A stretch of DNA of 64,000 nucleotides from a virus: positions 126,184 through 190,183 of IMG/VR virus record IMGVR_UViG_3300025122_000005, one strand, 5' to 3'. This document shows positions 38,949 to 47,399 of this stretch, piece after piece. Positions within the stretch are counted from its first letter, which is position 1, and the number at the start of each line of letters is the position of its first letter. The notes beneath the pieces are model-generated. The model saw nothing but the letters and a program-made list of their open reading frames with translations. It was not told the DNA's origin and ran no database searches. Position numbers and translations under genes: made by a program.

Positions 38949-40535
38949 ATGTCTTTCCAGTTAACCAAGAAGGAAATAATGCGGGAGATTGTTAAGTGTG
39001 GCAAGGATCCTGTTTATTTCATTAATAGCTACGCTCGCATTACCCATCCACAAAAAGGGCTAATTCCGTTTCATTTATATGATTTTCAAGAAGATTTGGT
39101 TGAGGACTTCCTAGACAATCGTTTTAACGTCATTTTAAAAGCCAGACAATTAGGAATATCTACAATAACTGCTGCTTATGTCGTTTGGATGATGCTCTTC
39201 CATAGAGAAAAGAACGTTCTCGTTATCGCAACTAAATTCTCAACTGCATCCAATTTAGTGAAAAAAGTTAAAAATATTTTAAAAAATATACCAGAATGGT
39301 TAACTATCGCACACGTTACAATTGACAACAGAACTTCTTTTGAGTTGTCAAACGGGTCTCAAATAAAGGCATCTTCAACTAGTGGTGACGCTGGACGGTC
39401 AGAGGCTCTTTCTTTATTGGTTGTAGATGAGGCCGCTCACGTAGACGGATTAGACGATCTTTGGACTGGGCTGTATCCCACTCTTTCTACTGGCGGCCGC
39501 TGTATCGCCCTATCAACACCAAATGGTGTTGGCAATTGGTTTCACAAAGCTTATATGGAGGCGGAGCAGTCAATCAACGATTTTAAATCAACTAAACTTC
39601 CGTGGGATAGGCACCCGGATAGAGATAGAACGTGGTTTGAAAAAGAAACGAGAAATATGTCCAGACGCGAAATCGCACAAGAATTAGAATGTAATTTTAA
39701 TATGTCTGGAGAGACTGTCTTTCATGGAGAGGACATTGCCTGGGTAGAAAACATGGTAAGAGAACCCAAGTATAGAACTGGGTTTGATAGAAATTATTGG
39801 ATTTGGGAAGAGTATAAGCACGATAGTGATTATATGATAAGTGCCGATGTGGCACGAGGTGATGGAAGAGACTATTCAGTTTTTCATCTTATTAAGTTGG
39901 CGACAATGGAGATCATCGCAGAATATCAGGGAAAAGTAACGCCCGATGTCTTTTCAGATGTTTTGTTGAATGCTGGAAAAGAGTACGGCAGCTGCATGAT
40001 AACAGTGGAAAACAATTCGGTAGGATATTCTGTTTTAGAGAAGCTTAGAGAAAAGAATTATCCCAATATTTACCACTCGATAAAATCTACCCATGAATAC
40101 ATAGACCAGATACAGGCAGAAAATAAATCAAATGCCGTCGCAGGATTCACCACTTCTTCTAAAACTAGACCATTAGTTATCGCTAAGATGGAGGAATTCG
40201 TAAGGAACAAACTAATTAAAATATATTCTGCGCGTCTTCTTAATGAAATGAAGACTTTTATATGGAATAACGGCAAACCTGAAGCAATGAGAAGCTATAA
40301 TGATGATCTGGTTATGGCATGCTCAATTGGTTGTTGGATAAGGGATACTGCATTGGTGGAAAATCAGAGAAACACGGAATATAAAAAAGCTTGTCTGGAT
40401 TCTATGATTGTAACGAATTCTAGACTGGATACTACAATTCCAGGTCAAAATAGCTATAAAAATAAGAGCATATTTGATAAAATAGAGAAAACAAAGAGTC
40501 AATACGAACAATTTCCGTGGCTCTTCAAAGGATAA
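38949..40535 (+). CDS. gp17: Terminase large subunit (T4 gp17-like)
   Basis: KARQLGIST Walker A, LLVVDEAAH Walker B, STPNGVG, ISADVARG nuclease motif, NDDLVMA. Confidence 0.96.
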   Translation: MSFQLTKKEIMREIVKCGKDPVYFINSYARITHPQKGLIPFHLYDFQEDLVEDFLDNRFNVILKARQLGISTITAAYVVWMMLFHREKNVLVIATKFSTASNLVKKVKNILKNIPEWLTIAHVTIDNRTSFELSNGSQIKASSTSGDAGRSEALSLLVVDEAAHVDGLDDLWTGLYPTLSTGGRCIALSTPNGVGNWFHKAYMEAEQSINDFKSTKLPWDRHPDRDRTWFEKETRNMSRREIAQELECNFNMSGETVFHGEDIAWVENMVREPKYRTGFDRNYWIWEEYKHDSDYMISADVARGDGRDYSVFHLIKLATMEIIAEYQGKVTPDVFSDVLLNAGKEYGSCMITVENNSVGYSVLEKLREKNYPNIYHSIKSTHEYIDQIQAENKSNAVAGFTTSSKTRPLVIAKMEEFVRNKLIKIYSARLLNEMKTFIWNNGKPEAMRSYNDDLVMACSIGCWIRDTALVENQRNTEYKKACLDSMIVTNSRLDTTIPGQNSYKNKSIFDKIEKTKSQYEQFPWLFKG

Positions 40536-40540
40536 ATTAA

Positions 40541-42505
40541 ATGGCCAGAAAAAACAAAAATACAAAAAATCCTGTAAATAGCCAAAACGAACTTTTTAAG
40601 AAGTTAACAAAATTGTTATCTGGACCGCTAGTAACTTACAGAACACAAACCGCCAGAAGATTAAGAAGAAGACAACTAGATAAGTACTCTCGCAGATTTC
40701 GCTCTGCCAGTGGGCAACAATTCAAAAAGACGGAATACAACCCTTTCGATAACTTGATGGCGAACGTCATGCAAAATCAAAATCGTTTGGAGCGATATGT
40801 TGATTTTGACCAAATGGAATACACACCAGAGATTGCTTCAGCTTTGGATATATATGCCGACGAGATGACGACATCTACCAACTTGCAACCGCTACTCACT
40901 ATTGATTGCCCTAATGACGAGATAAAAAGTATTTTAGATTCTTTGTATCACAATATATTAAATTTGGAATTTAATTTATTTGGTTGGTGTCGCACAATGT
41001 GCAAGTATGGGGACTTTTTCTTATATTTGGATATGGATGAAACCATTGGTATCCAAAGTGTTATTGGTTTGCCGACCCAAGAAGTAGAAAGGCTAGAAGG
41101 GGAAGACAAAACTAATCCAAATTACGTCCAGTTTCAGTGGAATTCCGCAGGAATGACTTTTGAGAATTGGCAAATGGCACATTTCAGAATATTGGGAAAT
41201 GATAAGCACGCTCCATATGGGACTTCTGCACTAGAACCCGCACGAAGAATCTGGCGTCAATTAACCCTCTTGGAAGACGCAATGATGGCCTATCGCATTG
41301 TTAGATCGCCCGAACGAAGAGTTTTTTATATCGATGTCGGCAGTATACCGCCACAGGACGTAGAGCAATATATGCAAAAGGTCATGACTCAGATGAAGAG
41401 GAACCAAGTCGTCGATCCAAACACCGGTCGTGTCGACCTCCGCTATAATCCGATGTCTGTAGACGAAGATTATTTCATTCCAGTGCGAGGGGATGCTTCT
41501 TCTCGGGTTGAGAGTTTGCCTGGTGGGACATATACGGGAGACATTGATGATGTTAAGTACTTAAGAGACAAGTTATTTTCAGCATTGAAGATCCCGCCAT
41601 CTTATCTTTCACAAACCGAAGGGTCCGAAGAAGATAAAACAACTTTGGCTCAAAAAGATATTAGATTCGCGAGAACCGTCAACAGGCTGCAGAGGTCTGT
41701 TATAACTGAGCTTGAAAAAATTGGAATAGTGCACCTTTATATACTGGGATATCGCGGAGAAGATTTAACATCGTTTTCTTTGAAGCTAGCAAATCCATCA
41801 AAGATAGCAGAATTGCAAGAGCTAGAGCACTGGAAGGTTAAGTTCGAAACTGCTTCTGGAGCAACTGAAGGATTCTTTAGCAAGAGGTGGATAGCCACGA
41901 AGGTGTTCAATCTTTCTGAAGAAGAATTCATCAGGAATCAACGTGAAATGTTTTATGATCGTAAATTTGAGGCTGTGCTAGAAACAGCTGGAGAAATGGA
42001 ACAGGCAGAAATAATGCCGTCAACCGGAATGGATGATATAGAGGGTTCCGAATTCGAACCTGGCGGTGAGGGATCACCCGGGTTGGAGCCAGAACTTGGA
42101 GGTGAAGAAGGCGGCGAAGAGCCCCCAGAAGATGACTCCATGTTGTTAGCGGCTCCTGGTAAAAGAGACGACGACATCTGGACAGACAAGAGAGGTAGAA
42201 CGAAGTCGGATCGTAGAAAAGAGTATGCTAAGACCGCGTCTAAGGTCGATAAGAGACCCTCTGGCGCACGTAAACGCTCTTACAAGGGTCAGTACGCAGG
42301 AGAGGTGGCTTCGTCGACTAGAAGGAACACCTTGAAGGGTTTTGATAGTTTAGCAGGGTTGACTTCATTATCTAGGGGCATTTACGAAGAACAGGAATCT
42401 ACTTATGATAGGGAAGAAATTTTAATCACAGAAATTAATTCTGATGTGAGGAAACTGATTCAAGATCTTGAAAAGAGGGGAAAGAATGAGACTAAAACAC
42501 AATAA
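40541..42505 (+). CDS. gp20: Portal protein (T4 gp20-like)
   Basis: LLEDAMMAYRIVRSPERRVFYIDVG, EDYFIPVRG, DVKYLRDKLFSALKIP and DIRFARTVNRLQ motifs. Confidence 0.96.
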   Translation: MARKNKNTKNPVNSQNELFKKLTKLLSGPLVTYRTQTARRLRRRQLDKYSRRFRSASGQQFKKTEYNPFDNLMANVMQNQNRLERYVDFDQMEYTPEIASALDIYADEMTTSTNLQPLLTIDCPNDEIKSILDSLYHNILNLEFNLFGWCRTMCKYGDFFLYLDMDETIGIQSVIGLPTQEVERLEGEDKTNPNYVQFQWNSAGMTFENWQMAHFRILGNDKHAPYGTSALEPARRIWRQLTLLEDAMMAYRIVRSPERRVFYIDVGSIPPQDVEQYMQKVMTQMKRNQVVDPNTGRVDLRYNPMSVDEDYFIPVRGDASSRVESLPGGTYTGDIDDVKYLRDKLFSALKIPPSYLSQTEGSEEDKTTLAQKDIRFARTVNRLQRSVITELEKIGIVHLYILGYRGEDLTSFSLKLANPSKIAELQELEHWKVKFETASGATEGFFSKRWIATKVFNLSEEEFIRNQREMFYDRKFEAVLETAGEMEQAEIMPSTGMDDIEGSEFEPGGEGSPGLEPELGGEEGGEEPPEDDSMLLAAPGKRDDDIWTDKRGRTKSDRRKEYAKTASKVDKRPSGARKRSYKGQYAGEVASSTRRNTLKGFDSLAGLTSLSRGIYEEQESTYDREEILITEINSDVRKLIQDLEKRGKNETKTQ

Positions 42506-43313
42506 GAAAAGAAACACCGCATTTGTTTACGAGGCACTTGTTCGAGAGTTGACAAAAAGTGCTATCAAGAACGATAAAAATAAAATGAAGATAATAAAGG
42601 GGATAATTAAAGAGCACTTTGCGAAAGATTCTTCTTTGAAGCAAGAGCTTAAGGTTTTTAAGCCACTTTATGAAACTCATGGACTGGAAAGAGACTTAGC
42701 AGAGAAGATGATCATTGAAGCGAAAATTGCGTATTCCAAGATAAGCAAAAAAGAAGTGTTCAGAGAGCAGAGTTCTCTCATCAGGGTGATAAACAAGACT
42801 TTGGGTACTTCTGTTTTCGCTAATTTTGTTCCAAATTACAAGAACCTGGCCAGTATTTATTCGATGTTTAATGACTCTATCGGAATCAAGGACAAGGTTC
42901 TCTTGGAAGGGAAGGTTGTTGAGGCATTGACAAAAGAGCCCGAGAAAAAAGAAACAAAGGATCCCATAGATAACCTAGTTTATAAGTCTTTCGTGAAAAG
43001 ATTTAATGAAAGGTACCAAAACAAGCTCAATGAGAGTCAAAAAACGTTGTTGACAAAGTACGTCACATCTTTTGTAGATGGCGGACTAGAGTTAAAAATC
43101 ATCATGAATGAAGAGATAGGGACTCTTAAGGAAAAAATACGCTCCATGGAGAGCCATTCGGCAGTTTCTTCTGATAAAGAAATGGAAGCCAAAACAGGAA
43201 AGGTTTTGAGCCTTTTAGAGAGCTATAGAGACAAAGAGATCGACATAGTGATGATCGAAGAGGTGCTGAAAATACAAAGTTTAGTAGAAGAGTTAGAAAG
43301 AGATGACGGTTAA
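42486..43313 (+). CDS. Conserved head-module hypothetical protein
   Basis: Helical 275-aa ORF (KHNKKRNTAFVYEAL) directly after portal. ATG at 42486 overlaps the portal end. Confidence 0.7.
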   Translation: MRLKHNKKRNTAFVYEALVRELTKSAIKNDKNKMKIIKGIIKEHFAKDSSLKQELKVFKPLYETHGLERDLAEKMIIEAKIAYSKISKKEVFREQSSLIRVINKTLGTSVFANFVPNYKNLASIYSMFNDSIGIKDKVLLEGKVVEALTKEPEKKETKDPIDNLVYKSFVKRFNERYQNKLNESQKTLLTKYVTSFVDGGLELKIIMNEEIGTLKEKIRSMESHSAVSSDKEMEAKTGKVLSLLESYRDKEIDIVMIEEVLKIQSLVEELERDDG

Positions 43314-43911
43314 AATAAAAATAGTCCCTACTGAAGGAGTATCGGAAACAGCCCCTTCAGGCAACATAAAAATACAAATAATTGCAGAAGAACCCGACGC
43401 TGTATCTGTAGAGTTAATTGCTCGCCGAGCATTGAACGGGGATATCATGATATTCGATCATGATTTGGTAGATATAGTGATATCTCCAGCAAAAAGCAAA
43501 ATAACAACATTCCCAAAGAAGCTAATGGAAAGGGAAGTTTATCCTGTTCAGGATAGGTTTTATAGATTCTTGAGAACAAAGGGTGTAATAGACCCTTCGA
43601 GTGTCCAATCGGGTAACGTGTTCTCTTCAATGGAAGCTAAAATTTATGATTCTATTTTAGAGGGTATAGACTCGGTCCAAAGTGCTATTTTCGCGACTAG
43701 TCTGTTTCTAAGAGAGGAAGAACCCGATATTAAGGCTCGCAAGCATCTAAACTACGATATGATGACTCATATGCTCGACCCTGACGAAGAAGACAGCACA
43801 GAGCTGGGAGAAGTACCCCATTCAGATAGTAAGGGATCTCTGGATCATCGTGTTAGACCGTATGGTTACCAATACATGTATTCAATTCTTAGAGAAAGCG
43901 AGGATAAGTGA
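43303..43911 (+). CDS. Hypothetical head-module protein
   Basis: 202-aa ORF overlapping both neighbours. Confidence 0.65.
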   Translation: MTVKIKIVPTEGVSETAPSGNIKIQIIAEEPDAVSVELIARRALNGDIMIFDHDLVDIVISPAKSKITTFPKKLMEREVYPVQDRFYRFLRTKGVIDPSSVQSGNVFSSMEAKIYDSILEGIDSVQSAIFATSLFLREEEPDIKARKHLNYDMMTHMLDPDEEDSTELGEVPHSDSKGSLDHRVRPYGYQYMYSILRESEDK

Positions 43912-44261
43912 ATCTACTATATTTTGTGCTTTGTTCTTACGGGTTAACACAAATTCTGGTATATGCAAAAATACTGGACAAGCTCCGCCCCACTAGGGGA
44001 TTTATGAAGGAACTCATATCTTGCCCTATGTGTGTGGGTTTCTGGGTGGGCGTTCTTTTATGGGCTCTAAACGGTTACACAACACTATTTACTTTTGATA
44101 ATTATCTTGTTACTGGTATGCTCCTGGGCTGTCTCAGTTCTGGAACAAGTTACGTTTTGAATATGTTATTTGGCGACGATGGAGTTAGGTTAGATCATAA
44201 GGGAATCAAGATTCAAACGCGCTCATTAAATCGCAATAACGGCGTGCGCACTAGGAGGTAG
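43908..44261 (+). CDS. Small membrane protein with CxxC (DUF1360-like)
   Basis: Hydrophobic helices with LISCPMCVGFWVG, GTG start. Confidence 0.6.
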   Translation: MNLLYFVLCSYGLTQILVYAKILDKLRPTRGFMKELISCPMCVGFWVGVLLWALNGYTTLFTFDNYLVTGMLLGCLSSGTSYVLNMLFGDDGVRLDHKGIKIQTRSLNRNNGVRTRR

Positions 44262-44264
44262 ACT

Positions 44265-44366
44265 GTGAAACCGTTTGTCACTATAAGGTGGTATATCCGC
44301 CCAGTAGCTAATTGTTGCAAGGGATCCTGGTCGAAGCGGGTGGCCCCCGCACAAGGAGAGACATGA
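44265..44366 (+). CDS. Unlisted 33-aa peptide (or readthrough extension of the upstream gene)
   Basis: GTG 6 nt after AGGAGG. Encodes VKPFVTIRWYIRPVANCCKGSWSKRVAPAQGET. Its TGA overlaps the protease ATG (ATGA). Confidence 0.45.
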   Translation: MKPFVTIRWYIRPVANCCKGSWSKRVAPAQGET

Positions 44367-44956
44367 AACTATTGAGAGAATATTATGAACTTTGTGAAGG
44401 TGGCATATGCCAAGACCTTCTTACGGAAGATGAAAAACGCCGCGTCGCCGAAGGAGCTATAATCCTATCAGGTGTTATGCAAATGGCCGAAACCAAGAAT
44501 CATAACGATAGAGTTTATTCCCAGTCCATCTTAGAGAGAGAAGTGAATAATTATCGCAAGATGGTAGATGAGAGAAGAGCATTGGGCGAATTAGATCATC
44601 CTGATACTTCAGTTGTGAATTTGATAAATGTTTCGCACCTGGTGACAAATATATATATGGATGGTAACAAGTGTATGGGAAAGATAGAAGTCCTCGACAC
44701 TCCTTCTGGCAACATTCTTCGAAATCTTGTTCAAAATCGCATCCCTCTTGGTATTTCTTCTAGAGGAATGGGTTCGACAAGGCAGGAGAATGGGTTAACG
44801 ATAGTGGAAGACGATTTTCAATTGATTTGTTTTGATATGGTTTCTGATCCTTCGACACCTGGTGCCTTTATGGTGACAGAAGCCAAAGAAAGATCAAATA
44901 TTTTTACAAAAGCTGATAAGATTAACAGATTGCTGAACAGCATCATTAAAGAGTAA
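44363..44956 (+). CDS. gp21: Prohead core protease (T4 gp21-like)
   Basis: NHNDRVYS, ALGELDHP, VSHLVT, LGISSRGMGS and FDMVSDPSTPGA motifs. ATG at 44363 with SD AAGGAG (track start 44312 too far upstream). Confidence 0.95.
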   Translation: MKLLREYYELCEGGICQDLLTEDEKRRVAEGAIILSGVMQMAETKNHNDRVYSQSILEREVNNYRKMVDERRALGELDHPDTSVVNLINVSHLVTNIYMDGNKCMGKIEVLDTPSGNILRNLVQNRIPLGISSRGMGSTRQENGLTIVEDDFQLICFDMVSDPSTPGAFMVTEAKERSNIFTKADKINRLLNSIIKE

Positions 44957-44959
44957 ATT

Positions 44960-45370
44960 ATGAAGAAGAGCGAATTAAGAGAAATACTCAAACCGTTGAT
45001 TAAACAATGCATAAAGGAAGTCATCTTCGAAGAGGGGGTGCTGTCTGGTATAATCACGGAAGTTGTAGGTGGGCTTACAACGCCTCAAGCTCAACCAATT
45101 GTTGAGTCGAGAACAAGTGACGGGATGTTAGAAGAGAGAAAAAGCAAAAAGATAAAAGAAACAAAGAAGAAATTATTTGCAGCGATATCAAAGGACGCTT
45201 ATAACGGAGTAGATGTTTTCGAAAGTACAGAGCCGCTGTCCAAAGGTGGGTCTGTCGGAGGTTCTCCCACCCCATCGAGTCCGCTATCTTCCTATGCCCC
45301 TGGTGACCCCGGGGTTAATATAGACGGACTTTTGTCGGTCGCCGGAAAAGCGTGGACAAAGTTATTATGA
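44960..45370 (+). CDS. Hypothetical head-module protein
   Basis: MKKSELREILKPLIKQCIKEVIFEE N-terminus, located between protease and bS21. Confidence 0.65.
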   Translation: MKKSELREILKPLIKQCIKEVIFEEGVLSGIITEVVGGLTTPQAQPIVESRTSDGMLEERKSKKIKETKKKLFAAISKDAYNGVDVFESTEPLSKGGSVGGSPTPSSPLSSYAPGDPGVNIDGLLSVAGKAWTKLL

Positions 45371-45383
45371 AAGTGAGGGCGTA

Positions 45384-45617
45384 ATGTCAAAAGGACCAAT
45401 TCATGTGTTAGTCGAAGCGAATACTAGGTATGCTAGTGAAAACGAAAGATTAATCAAGAAGTTTTGTAGAAAAGTTAAGAAAAATGGGATTTTGGATTTA
45501 GTTAGGAAAAGAAGATTTTTTGAAAAGCCTTCAGTTAAGAGAAAGAGAAAACGTGAGAGAAAGTTAAAAGTTTCTCGCGAAATAACAAACAAGCATAATG
45601 CTAAGTTTAATAATTAA
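45384..45617 (+). CDS. rpsU: Phage-encoded ribosomal protein bS21
   Basis: V.V...E..ERLIKKFCRKVKKNGILDLVRKRRFFEKPSVKRKRKR matches the bS21 consensus. 77 aa and highly basic. Confidence 0.88.
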   Translation: MSKGPIHVLVEANTRYASENERLIKKFCRKVKKNGILDLVRKRRFFEKPSVKRKRKRERKLKVSREITNKHNAKFNN

Positions 45618-45628
45618 GGAGTTAAAAG

Positions 45629-46018
45629 ATGGCACAAAGTACAAGTTCGGGATTTCATACCCATGCAAGTTGGGGTAGAACCCGCAGACCAAAGAATGTA
45701 AACGGCGCAAGCAGTACTACACATATTACTAGCACTACCGCATATTTTACAGAAAATCAAAGATTCTTACATCTTGTTTGTGATGGTACCGCTAACATTA
45801 CCAAGGTAGAGGTTTATTATCACGGCACAGGTGTGTGGTCCGAGTTGGTTGAAGCGGTAGACGCCGACGGCGGGCCGGGCTCTGGCACCCAGTCCATTAT
45901 CGTCGCTGCAGCCATGACTAGAATAATTGAGATTGCAGGTGTTGATAAAATCAGGGTAACTGTTGCCAATGATGGTTCTGAAGGGAACAGGGCTTACGCC
46001 TTGCTTTCAACTTTTTAA
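45629..46018 (+). CDS. Hypothetical beta-rich virion protein
   Basis: 129-aa ORF with SD AAGGAG, in the head module. Confidence 0.6.
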   Translation: MAQSTSSGFHTHASWGRTRRPKNVNGASSTTHITSTTAYFTENQRFLHLVCDGTANITKVEVYYHGTGVWSELVEAVDADGGPGSGTQSIIVAAAMTRIIEIAGVDKIRVTVANDGSEGNRAYALLSTF

Positions 46019-46028
46019 GGAGACTATC

Positions 46029-46211
46029 ATGGCAAGGTCTAATATTAAAAAATCATCAGATTACATAATCAAAACTTTTGACGTAAAACGTCAATACACC
46101 CCGATAGCCACAAAACAGGGAGCAGACACAAAAGAAAATCTGCAGCCACCCCCATTTATACTGGGTTTCAGGGGCGTTCCAACAATCCGCATCCGCACTA
46201 AAGCAGAGTAA
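46029..46211 (+). CDS. Small basic hypothetical protein (60 aa)
   Basis: ATG at 46029 with SD AAGGAG, within track ORF 45963..46211. Confidence 0.55.
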   Translation: MARSNIKKSSDYIIKTFDVKRQYTPIATKQGADTKENLQPPPFILGFRGVPTIRIRTKAE

Positions 46212-46288
46212 TATAATTTCCTGTCATTTAACAAATTTAAATACTAATTACTTTTGAGAAATATTTCTACTTTTTAAGGGGTAAATGT

Positions 46289-47386
46289 ATGTCATCCATG
46301 TTAGAACAAGCGATAGTTGATGCGAAAGCACTCAAAGAATCAGCAATCAAAAATGCAGAAGCAATAGTTGTTGAAAGATACTCAGATCAAATAAAGGAAG
46401 CGGTTTCTGCTTTGCTAGAGCAGGAAGAAGATCCCTTCGCAGAAGAAGACGAATTTGCGGAGGATTCTCCTGTTGAACCAGATATGGAGGCAGCGACAGA
46501 TCCTTCTTTGGCTCAGGTCCCGCCTGCACTCGAAGAAGACCTTCCTGATTCTGCCGGACCGGTAAGCGACACCGACATCGTTCAATTGGATTTGGATGGT
46601 CTCCGACAACAGATAGACAATTTGGAATCTGAAACTGGACAGGACGCATCGGATGTTCTCGCACCTGATCAGGTTTCTCACGAAACGGTGGCTCAAAACC
46701 TTGAACCTGCTGTAGCAGCTGCTCCCGAAGCAGTTTCTCCTTTGACTGAAGAGTCGGAAGAGATAGACGAGGAAATGGATATTGAGATTGATGAATCTTT
46801 ACTAGAGGACATTTTAGAGAGACTTACAGTGGATATTGATCCACAAATGCGCGGTTGGGCGGGAACTCCGCAGAGTCAAATGGAAGAATACGCTGATATG
46901 GCCCTTGCCCGTGAAAATGATGACAAGGTTAAAGAAGAAAACGAAGCCTTAAGGTCGAGACTTGAAGAGCTAAAAGAATCCCTTAAGAAAAACACAGATC
47001 AAAAAGAAAAACTTGCTGAAGAAAATAGCAAGTTTATGGAAGCAGTAATGATTTTAAAAGAGAAGGTTGATATGGTAAATGTTTCAAATGCGAAACTCTT
47101 GTATATCAACAAGGCACTTGAAAATTCCTCCCTGAATGAGCGACAAAAAAGAAAGATTGTCGAAGCGATTTCTAAGGCCGAATCGACTAAGGAAGCGAAG
47201 GTTATTTATGAAACACTTCAAAGCACCGTGGGAAGTACAGAAAAACGTTCTGTGCCGAAATCACTTAGCGAAGCAGTTAATAGAAATTCTTCATTGCTTA
47301 TTCACTCGCAACGAAATAGGGAAAAAGATTCTACAGACCCCTTTTCAGCGCGACTTCAGCGTTTGGCTGGAATTAAAAAAACATAG
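46289..47386 (+). CDS. Prohead scaffolding protein (gp22-like)
   Basis: Acidic coiled-coil protein immediately before the major capsid gene. MLEQAIVDAKALKESAIKNA start and RLQRLAGI end. Confidence 0.8.
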   Translation: MSSMLEQAIVDAKALKESAIKNAEAIVVERYSDQIKEAVSALLEQEEDPFAEEDEFAEDSPVEPDMEAATDPSLAQVPPALEEDLPDSAGPVSDTDIVQLDLDGLRQQIDNLESETGQDASDVLAPDQVSHETVAQNLEPAVAAAPEAVSPLTEESEEIDEEMDIEIDESLLEDILERLTVDIDPQMRGWAGTPQSQMEEYADMALARENDDKVKEENEALRSRLEELKESLKKNTDQKEKLAEENSKFMEAVMILKEKVDMVNVSNAKLLYINKALENSSLNERQKRKIVEAISKAESTKEAKVIYETLQSTVGSTEKRSVPKSLSEAVNRNSSLLIHSQRNREKDSTDPFSARLQRLAGIKKT

Positions 47387-47399
47387 GAGGTTACTATAA

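Noticed and set aside
42050-42075. gttccgaattcgaacctggcgg, resembling a tRNA T-arm
   Set aside because: It lies in the portal coding frame (GSEFEPGG) and no acceptor, D or anticodon stems can be built around it.
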